Notes under the pieces: generated by a model | Databases searched by the model: none | Told to the model about the DNA's origin: nothing | What the model saw: only the letters and a program-made list of their open reading frames with translations | Program-made: the position numbers and the translations under genes | In this document: positions 56,967 to 64,000 of the stretch, piece by piece | Layout: every line of letters starts with the position of its first letter | Numbering within the stretch: the stretch's first letter is position 1 | From: Candidatus Latescibacterota bacterium | GTDB lineage: Bacteria; Latescibacterota; UBA2968; GCA-2709665 | Direction of reading: 5' to 3' | Assembly: GCA_965219455.1 (NCBI GenBank) | Contig: OZ244744.1 | Location: 352,001 to 416,000 of the forward strand | Length of the DNA: 64,000 nucleotides

Positions 56967-58163
56967 TCACCTTTTGACGATTTCCTTGTACACCACGCGA
57001 ATCCGATGGTTGAACGTATCGGCGATGTACAGATTCTCGTCCTGATCGAGCGCGACCCCATAGGGATTCCTGAGTTTTCCCCATCGGGGATGGTCGCTGT
57101 CGCCCTTGAAACCCGGCTCACCACACCGGCCGGCCAGGGTGGTAATGATACCGCCGGTATCCACCTTGCGGATGCAATGGTTACCGGTATCGGCAATGAA
57201 CAGGTTTCCCTCCGCATCGACGACCACGTCGCTGGGGCGCGAAAGGTTGGCCTCGGTCGCCGGTCCGCCATCTCCCGAATACGTTCCGGCAGTCGGGCCG
57301 ATACTGCCGCCGCCGGCCACCGTGCTGACCCTGCCGTTGGTGTCCACCATGCGGATGCGATTGTTGAACGTATCTGCGATATAGAGGTTGCCCCGGATAT
57401 CCAGGGCAATCCGGCCGGCGGGCTGCGCCGCGTCTCCCGTCGGCGCATAGAGGTCGGCCAGAATGGCAGGGCCACCGTCGCCGGCAAGTCCTTCCCGTCC
57501 GGTTCCCGCAATCGTCGAGATCAAACCGTTCAAATCCACCATACGAATGCGAAGGTTGCCCTGATCCGAGATATACATACGGCCGGATTCGTCGAAGGCC
57601 GTGGAACTCGGAAGATTCAACGAGGCCTCGAGAGCGGGGCCGCCGTCGCCCCCGAAACCGCGTTCGCCCCGGCCGGCGATGGGTTCGACGCGGCCCGTGG
57701 TGAAATCATACCTCAGGATCCTGGAATTCTGCCAGGCCGAAAGGATCAGCCGTCCCTGAGGATCGAATGAAATATGGGTCGGGTGGTCGATGCCCACCCG
57801 CAGCGCCGGACCCGCAGGCGCATCGCCCGGTTCGCCGTTGCCGATAAGAGGACGGACGACTCCGTTGTGGATCTCAAGAACGCGATTGTTGTTCCAATCC
57901 AGAATGTACGTCCGCCCGTCGGGACCGACAGTCATATCCTGGGGAAAATACAGGTGCGTATCCAGAGGACCCAATCCCGTGGCGTTCCTGCCTGCATCTC
58001 CGGTGCCGGCGAGGGTGATCATGATCCCGTAGGGCAACCCCGGGTACTCTTCGTACAGATCATCGTCCACGGTGGGCGGCGTTTTGCCGCAGTCAGCCAC
58101 AGAGAGGAGCAGGCCGAACGCAAGCAGGTACCGCGCCCACACATGTTCGAGGATTCTCTTCAT
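56967..58163 (-). CDS. NHL-repeat beta-propeller lipoprotein
   Basis: Lipobox-like 'SVADC'; repeats 'GDGGPA..A.L..P......D..GNLYIAD..N.RIR'. Confidence 0.9.
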   Translation of the reverse strand: MKRILEHVWARYLLAFGLLLSVADCGKTPPTVDDDLYEEYPGLPYGIMITLAGTGDAGRNATGLGPLDTHLYFPQDMTVGPDGRTYILDWNNNRVLEIHNGVVRPLIGNGEPGDAPAGPALRVGIDHPTHISFDPQGRLILSAWQNSRILRYDFTTGRVEPIAGRGERGFGGDGGPALEASLNLPSSTAFDESGRMYISDQGNLRIRMVDLNGLISTIAGTGREGLAGDGGPAILADLYAPTGDAAQPAGRIALDIRGNLYIADTFNNRIRMVDTNGRVSTVAGGGSIGPTAGTYSGDGGPATEANLSRPSDVVVDAEGNLFIADTGNHCIRKVDTGGIITTLAGRCGEPGFKGDSDHPRWGKLRNPYGVALDQDENLYIADTFNHRIRVVYKEIVKR

Positions 58164-58362
58164 CCGTATTTGTACGACCTCTCCAAGTTGAGCAGAAACG
58201 GCGCCTATCCGAGCCAGGAACGATACCTAACAAAAATAGGTACAATGAAGCACCGATTCAACCCCGAAATTGAACCAGATCTCAAAATGGGGCGCGCCGA
58301 ACGGGAATCTCTGGACCCGGCGATGGTCGGCGCAAGTCGATCGATGATACAACCGCGTGCTT

Positions 58363-59247
58363 TTATACGCCCGAAAACGCCTGATATTCTGCCAGTGGCT
58401 GGCTCATCCGGTCGTCGACCTCCGTTAACGCAAGGCGCATGCGAACCGTGCGACGACTGCCGGGTACGAGGTCGTCGCCGAAGAGAGAAAAATCAAATGC
58501 GCTGTAATCCGTCATGCGATCGGCTTCGTCCGCAACGTGGTAACGGGTACTGATGGCATAGCAGTCCTCTTCCGTAGACATCAACACGACCCCCAGCCGA
58601 TTCCCGGGGGCCGTCAGGAAGGAAAACGGATACCCGTAATACCTCACCGGGCACATCTGGACAGTGGGCGAGTTGCTCTCACTACGATTCCAACGTCCGT
58701 CTACGCAGCGCCTCGCGGCATGCGGGTCCCGTGGAAACACAATGACGGTTCCTCGAAAGACGTCGTTCACCATGGGAACGACCCGTTCGGGGTCCACGCT
58801 CGCGCGGCCGTACCGGCTTCCGTGGAGATAGATGTGGGGTCGTAACGCCTTGTCGAAATAGTTGGAAAGGAAGAGCTCATATCCCGCATAGGTCCCGTCA
58901 CACCTCACCGTCACCGTCAGGTCGATGTGATTCGGCTCGCCCACCTCGTAGCGGGCGGTCAACGCGCCCTGATGGGTTTCAGTGGCGGCCCAATGCACCT
59001 CAACGGCGTTGTCCCGGGCTTCGACGGTGCGGTCCATCAGGCGCGGTTGGTCCAGACCCTGATGAACGGCAAATAGCCGAAACAGGTTCAATGCCGAATA
59101 TTTCGGATGGATCACCTGTCTCCCTGTGTTCCTTTCCGTTAGTGTCCAGACCCCGTGATAGTCTCCCGATGCCCGAATTTCGCCGGTCATGGCTTCCGTC
59201 TCGAATTGATATGTATCGGTGCCGGCATCGTATACCAGTTCGGCCAT
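58363..59247 (-). CDS. Hypothetical protein (beta-rich, possibly aldose-epimerase-like fold)
   Basis: GGAG RBS before MAELVYD; natural composition; fold guess is weak. Confidence 0.65.
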   Translation of the reverse strand: MAELVYDAGTDTYQFETEAMTGEIRASGDYHGVWTLTERNTGRQVIHPKYSALNLFRLFAVHQGLDQPRLMDRTVEARDNAVEVHWAATETHQGALTARYEVGEPNHIDLTVTVRCDGTYAGYELFLSNYFDKALRPHIYLHGSRYGRASVDPERVVPMVNDVFRGTVIVFPRDPHAARRCVDGRWNRSESNSPTVQMCPVRYYGYPFSFLTAPGNRLGVVLMSTEEDCYAISTRYHVADEADRMTDYSAFDFSLFGDDLVPGSRRTVRMRLALTEVDDRMSQPLAEYQAFSGV

Positions 59248-59261
59248 GTCGATCTCTCCGT

Positions 59262-60719
59262 TTAAGACTGACGTGCAACCACGAGTTCCTCGATTCGTTC
59301 CGCAATCGCGTCTGTCAGGGTCTCCAGACAGCCCGGGGCCAGGCTCGACGGCTCCTCCTGGTAAAGGCCCTTGCCGTACGCGTCTTTCCGCAACAGATAA
59401 GCGACCTGTAAATTGCCCGAAAGTGGAGAAACCAGAATCACGAACCCGGGAAATCGCCGGCGCAACTCGACCTGCAGAAAGCTGTACGGTTCCCCGCCGC
59501 AGGTCACCCAGATCGCGTCTCCCATTCGATAGACGGAGAATCGATACGGGTATGTCTCGCCCGGCGGCAGGTTCGCGATCCGCGCCAGCCATCGCCTCGC
59601 CCGCTCCGCCCGGGCACCGCACGATCGGGCCTGCGGGGCGTCTCCGGCCGCGTCGGCTTCCCGCTCGGCTTCCGACCACCGTGCCAGATCCGCCAGGAGC
59701 GCTTCACGGTCCGGCTGTTTTTTCATCGGGAGGTCCACGGAATATACGCCGCCGGAAATGACCGAAACGCCGCGCAAACGCCCATCTCCGAATCCCACGT
59801 GCGCCCATGCACCCAGCGTGGCGCCTGAGATCACGGGACCCTGGTATTCGAAATCCGTGCCCGGCGGACCCATGGACATGACCACGGACAGCGCCGCAAA
59901 CCCGAGCTGGCGTCCGTTCTTCTCAGCGACTTCCGGATCTCCCAAAAATCCGTCTCTCGGCCCCAGATCCCCGCATGGCGCCAGGGCGAACGTGCAGGGC
60001 GCCCCGGTTACCCTCTCGACTTCCTCCCGCATCGCACCCACGTAATCCGGGCTGATCAGGGTATTTTTCCAGGCCAGCGTGGTCGGATGGCATCCGTAAT
60101 TCACCACCGTCGCAGTGGTCCTGCCCTCTCCGTCGCTTATCCGTCCCACCAGCAGCGTATCGTCACCCTCACCCTCCGGATTATACCCGCATACGTAGCC
60201 TCCGAAGACTTTATCCCGATAGTCCCTGTCAGCCGCCATGTTGCAATGCCCGCGCGCATAGGTAATCAGCACCTCCCGCATACCCGCCAGCGCCTCCCCG
60301 CAGGCCCGCGCCAGCTTTTTCTCCACGTCCTTCAGAAACGGCTCGATCAGTTCGCCTCCCGGCAATTCGAAACGATCCGGCGCGTACCATCCGGAGGAAT
60401 GGGTGTGGGAGTACGTCACGTCCACCCGATCCTGCCCCACCCCGGCGGCAACGCTGAGCGAATCCACGAGCGCCGCGTGCTGCTGAGCCACCAGGCCGAC
60501 CAGGTCCACGTGCGCCCGAACCAGCCGTATTTCTCCGGGTGCGTCCACCGGCCCGAAAACCAGCACGTCACCCGGAATCGAACGATGAACGCCCGTTGCC
60601 CTGTCGTGCCTGGCCGCGCCCCACATCCGGTGATAAATCCCCACCGGCGGCGTTATATCCACACGGGCGAAACCGAGCCGAACCCTGGAGGTCGGGGCCG
60701 GCACTTTTCTTCGAACCAT
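59262..60719 (-). CDS. Neutral/alkaline ceramidase-like metallohydrolase
   Basis: 'G.ARVDITPP', 'SHTHSS', 'NYGCHPT', 'ISPDYVG'. Confidence 0.8.
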   Translation of the reverse strand: MVRRKVPAPTSRVRLGFARVDITPPVGIYHRMWGAARHDRATGVHRSIPGDVLVFGPVDAPGEIRLVRAHVDLVGLVAQQHAALVDSLSVAAGVGQDRVDVTYSHTHSSGWYAPDRFELPGGELIEPFLKDVEKKLARACGEALAGMREVLITYARGHCNMAADRDYRDKVFGGYVCGYNPEGEGDDTLLVGRISDGEGRTTATVVNYGCHPTTLAWKNTLISPDYVGAMREEVERVTGAPCTFALAPCGDLGPRDGFLGDPEVAEKNGRQLGFAALSVVMSMGPPGTDFEYQGPVISGATLGAWAHVGFGDGRLRGVSVISGGVYSVDLPMKKQPDREALLADLARWSEAEREADAAGDAPQARSCGARAERARRWLARIANLPPGETYPYRFSVYRMGDAIWVTCGGEPYSFLQVELRRRFPGFVILVSPLSGNLQVAYLLRKDAYGKGLYQEEPSSLAPGCLETLTDAIAERIEELVVARQS

Positions 60720-60813
60720 ACTGACCCTCTCTGTGTTATCAATGATGGATGCAGACGTATATCGATCTGTGCACGCGCCAGCTACCCTCTCCCACCGTCG
60801 CCGTTCCCGGCCA

Positions 60814-61536
60814 CTATCGCAACTGATACGCGATCGCGTAGGCCGTCTTGTGCGCGCCCGAACGGTTTACCTCCGACCGATGCCACGTGTAATTCGAGAA
60901 AAACGCGGCGTCCCCCGGCTGCATCGACAACACGACTTCCCTGGATAGGTCCAATCCCTCTGTCGGAATGCGCCAGCGGGTGAACGGTTCGGCCGTCCGG
61001 GCGGCATAATAATTGGGCTCATCGTAATAACGCTCGTGGGTTGTCAGGGTCCAATCCCTGTGAGTCCCGGGCAGAATACCCAGCGCGCTGGCGTCGACTC
61101 CTACTTCATCCAGCGCGATCCAGGCATTGCAACCCTGCCTCGGCTCGATCTTCCAGTAGTAGGAATCCTGGTGATAGAACGACTGGCCGTCGATTGCCCG
61201 GTTCTTGATTAACGCCTGATCCGTAAAACGCTTCACCTGACCGCCCAGAAGCCGGGACATCGCCCCCTGCAAATTGACGTGGTCCGCAACCTGCCGGAAG
61301 ACGGCCTCCTGTCTGGCGGGTCTCTGGACGCCGATCGGCACGAACTCGTCCCTCGTGTTGCGGAACTTCACGGGATCCAATATCTGAAAATGCAGATCCG
61401 GCCAGTCGTGCTCTCCCTCCAGTAATTCCAAAAGCCGCTTCCGCACCGCGGCCGCCTCAGCTGCCGAAATCAGCCCCTGTACGGTGGTATATCCCTCTTC
61501 CTCGTACTGCCGCAATTTCGACTCGTCCAGTTCCAT
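60814..61536 (-). CDS. Phytanoyl-CoA dioxygenase (PhyH) family Fe(II)/2OG oxygenase
   Basis: 'YHQD', 'WIALD', 'PGTH', 'WHRS..N'. Confidence 0.9.
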   Translation of the reverse strand: MELDESKLRQYEEEGYTTVQGLISAAEAAAVRKRLLELLEGEHDWPDLHFQILDPVKFRNTRDEFVPIGVQRPARQEAVFRQVADHVNLQGAMSRLLGGQVKRFTDQALIKNRAIDGQSFYHQDSYYWKIEPRQGCNAWIALDEVGVDASALGILPGTHRDWTLTTHERYYDEPNYYAARTAEPFTRWRIPTEGLDLSREVVLSMQPGDAAFFSNYTWHRSEVNRSGAHKTAYAIAYQLR

Positions 61537-61625
61537 GTGACGTTCTCCTGATCACCTGCGTTTATCATAACGCTATAGCGGATATGGTGTCGCCGCGTGC
61601 AGGGCCCACGTCGAATAATCCAGAA

Positions 61626-62627
61626 TCATCCCTCACTCTCGACCCTTCCCACCGCGTATCCCATCCCCGTTGCACCGAACCCGTTTCCGGTATACCAGCA
61701 CCTGTATTCGTCGCCGCATTTAACGACACTCACGTAACACCGTTGCTTGTCGTCGAACGCGCCCGGCGCGCCCACGCCCAACTCCCCGTCGGACCCGCTT
61801 TCGCACCAGCGCCATTCCTGTCCGTCGGGTCCGACCAGACTCCTTATCCGATAGGCCGTACCAAACGTGTTCACCCACATCCTGTAACCGTCAGGTTCCC
61901 GCAAGACGAAGGGCTTTGAACAGATGTACTCGTAGGGTTCGGTGTCGAAACCCCTTGGACTGACCATCAGACCATTCAGCGGCTTGGCCCACGTCAACCC
62001 GTCTGCCGAAACCGCGTAACCGACCCCTATGCGGGGTATCACATCACCGTGGCCCGTCCTGGCGCCCTCGGGCCGGGCGAAATAGGCCCCGATAGCCGTA
62101 TAATACATATGGTACCGATCGCCGTCGTGCAAGACAAATACGCTTCCGGTTCCCTCTCGGTCCCAGTCCCGGTCCATCAGCAAAATCGGTTCTTTTTGCA
62201 GGTAATCAAAACGGTATCCGCCGTCTGCGCTGAACGCCACGCCCGTGGTGTTGGGCAGTTTGCCGTCCGCCCTGGGTTTCCCCCACCCGCAGAAATACAG
62301 GAGCCATGGGCCGTCTTCCCTGGGAACCACGAACGGGAACCCCGGCCCCTGATCGTTATACGCCGTGCCGGGCTGCCGGTCCAGCACGGAGCCCAGCGGC
62401 CGCCAGTCGTTCGGCGCATCAATATGGCTCTCGGCCAGCAGATTGTGATGGTACCCATCCGTTCCGGTTCCCCAGTAATACATCCGGTATCGATCTCCGA
62501 CCTGGACAACATGCGCGGCGCCGGCGCGCCGGCTATCCATATCTGCGTGCAGCTGACCCGGCGCGACCACCGGATTGTCGCCGCTGAACCTCCAGACTAT
62601 CCGTCTGGAAAGCGGGTTCCGTTCCAT
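61626..62627 (-). CDS. Five-bladed beta-propeller glycoside hydrolase-like protein (GH43/32/130 clan-like)
   Basis: Repeated 'YRMYY', 'YAVSADGLTW', 'WYTGN' blades. Confidence 0.75.
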   Translation of the reverse strand: MERNPLSRRIVWRFSGDNPVVAPGQLHADMDSRRAGAAHVVQVGDRYRMYYWGTGTDGYHHNLLAESHIDAPNDWRPLGSVLDRQPGTAYNDQGPGFPFVVPREDGPWLLYFCGWGKPRADGKLPNTTGVAFSADGGYRFDYLQKEPILLMDRDWDREGTGSVFVLHDGDRYHMYYTAIGAYFARPEGARTGHGDVIPRIGVGYAVSADGLTWAKPLNGLMVSPRGFDTEPYEYICSKPFVLREPDGYRMWVNTFGTAYRIRSLVGPDGQEWRWCESGSDGELGVGAPGAFDDKQRCYVSVVKCGDEYRCWYTGNGFGATGMGYAVGRVESEG

Positions 62628-62682
62628 TAATCACCTCCACGGGGAAAGATGCGGGAGTAGCGCGATGTGGGTCTGAAGCCCG

Positions 62683-63999
62683 TCAGGCTCGGCGAAGCAC
62701 CTGGCCGTACCGCTGTCCCGTGACAGCGCCGTCCCTTACTGTGAAGCCGCCGTTTACCAGCACGTGCCGCATACCCACGGCTGTCCGATTGGGCTCTAAC
62801 GTGGTTCCTCTCTCGGCAAACATACTCGGATCGAAGACGGCCAGGTCCGCCCGCGCACCCTTGCGTATCGCGCCGCGGTCGGTCAGCCCCAACCGCGCGG
62901 CCGGCAGCGACGTCAACCTGCGCACGGCCTCCTGCGGATTGAGCAGCTTCCGTTCGCGGACGAAATGACGGTAAAACCATGATGCCCACGTATAGGCGCC
63001 GTGGAAAGTATTATCCTTCAACGGGCCGTCCGCGGCCAGCGCGGTCGCATCGGATCCGACCATGCAGAACGGGTGTTCAAATGCCGGTCGAACGTCCTCC
63101 TCGCGATAACTGAACGCGATCACCATAATTTCGTGCAGATAGTCGATTCCCGCATACAAAATATCGCAGATGACGTCAATGGCATTGCCGGTTCCGGCGG
63201 CAGTGAGTTCGGCAATACGCTTTCCCGTCAGTTCCGGCTGCGCGGGGGAGTGGAAGATGACGATCCGTCCCCAGTCGCCCTGCGCCAGCGCAGCAACGAT
63301 ACTCTGATAGCTTTCCATCTCGCGGCGGACGGACGGATCCCGCAGCCGCCTCGCGATGTCTTTTGAACGTCCCTCCAGCGCCCATGGCGGCAGAGCGGCG
63401 CTCAAGTTGGTGGTCCCGAAGAGCCGTGTATGCATATCGAACTGCACGTCCAGCCCGCTGCTGCGCGCCCGGTCGACCTGCTCGAGCGCCTGTTCGACCG
63501 CCCACCGGCCGTCTTCCGCGAGCCTGGCAACGGACGAAATATGCGAGATCTGCAGGGGCGCGTCTGCCGTTTCGGCCGTGCGAATCGCCTCCGCGACGGT
63601 CTCCTCCGCCTCTCCCACACGGTTGCGGGTATGGGTCGAGTAGATCCCGCCGTATTCGGCAGCGATCGCGCACAGCTCGGAAATCTGTCTCTCGGGGCAA
63701 TCCCGCTCCGGACCGTATTCAAGGCCCGTGGAATATCCCGCCGCCCCCTCCTCCATCCCCTGCGCCAGCAGGCGCTTCATCGTCCTGTGTTCGTCCGGCG
63801 TGGACGGACGATCCACCGCCTCGCAGACCGCCAGTCTCAGATTTCCGTTGGGCACCAGCGTCATGACATTTACGGCCGGACGCTGCGCCTCCAGGCGATC
63901 CAGGTACTCGCCCATGGTGCGCCAGTCAATCTTATGCTCGGCTCTACATCCGTATATGTTCGCCCTGGCACGCGCAGGGTCGCCAATCGGCGCGCACCC
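62683..63999 (-). CDS. N-acyl-D-amino-acid deacylase (D-aminoacylase), partial
   Basis: 'STGLEY', 'STHTRN', 'QISH', 'VGSD', 'GARADLAVFDP'; frame stays open to the window end. Confidence 0.9.
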   Translation of the reverse strand, partial: GCAPIGDPARARANIYGCRAEHKIDWRTMGEYLDRLEAQRPAVNVMTLVPNGNLRLAVCEAVDRPSTPDEHRTMKRLLAQGMEEGAAGYSTGLEYGPERDCPERQISELCAIAAEYGGIYSTHTRNRVGEAEETVAEAIRTAETADAPLQISHISSVARLAEDGRWAVEQALEQVDRARSSGLDVQFDMHTRLFGTTNLSAALPPWALEGRSKDIARRLRDPSVRREMESYQSIVAALAQGDWGRIVIFHSPAQPELTGKRIAELTAAGTGNAIDVICDILYAGIDYLHEIMVIAFSYREEDVRPAFEHPFCMVGSDATALAADGPLKDNTFHGAYTWASWFYRHFVRERKLLNPQEAVRRLTSLPAARLGLTDRGAIRKGARADLAVFDPSMFAERGTTLEPNRTAVGMRHVLVNGGFTVRDGAVTGQRYGQVLRRA

Positions 64000-64000
64000 A

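Noticed and set aside
56967-58163. Repeated DNA/peptide units as a possible CRISPR or tandem array
   Set aside because: They are degenerate NHL protein repeats. No identical repeat-spacer structure is present anywhere in the window.
59248-59679. N-terminal extension of the 438-aa ORF
   Set aside because: It is a low-complexity Arg/Gly/Pro shadow frame overlapping the ceramidase-like gene.

Overview
GC-rich bacterial window with dense coding, mostly on the minus strand. The gene content (many catabolic enzymes, ASPIC/FG-GAP and NHL proteins, orphan antitoxins) resembles Latescibacterota/Poribacteria-like marine or sponge-associated genomes, but that is inference only. All family calls come from motif recognition, not database searches. 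In order, it holds: a TPR/MoxR/DUF58/Gld-type ABC operon; sugar-acid catabolic genes; an AAA-PD-(D/E)XK gene; a polyamine-type ABC transporter; a cluster of orphan or decayed antitoxins; K+ and Na+ transporters; a rhodanese-MauE-ASPIC/UnbV operon; DegT, heparinase-like and hydantoinase genes; an approximately 11-kb methylated-amine cluster; an NHL-TlpA-beta-barrel-methyltransferase operon; and further hydrolases. Two observations stand out. (1) A predicted outer-membrane beta-barrel gene has an in-frame TGA at codon 31, just after its signal peptide, followed by a SECIS-like hairpin. It is a candidate selenoprotein co-encoded with an exported CxxC thioredoxin. (2) The methylated-amine cluster (tdm, gmaS, mgsC, amt, fhs) has no tmm or dmm in the window, but tdm is flanked by an acyl-CoA-dehydrogenase-fold protein lacking the catalytic Glu and by a flavin reductase, a candidate new two-component methylamine monooxygenase. 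Two MITE families are also visible, one of which cleanly disrupts an aspartic protease gene. No rRNA, tRNA or CRISPR array was seen.
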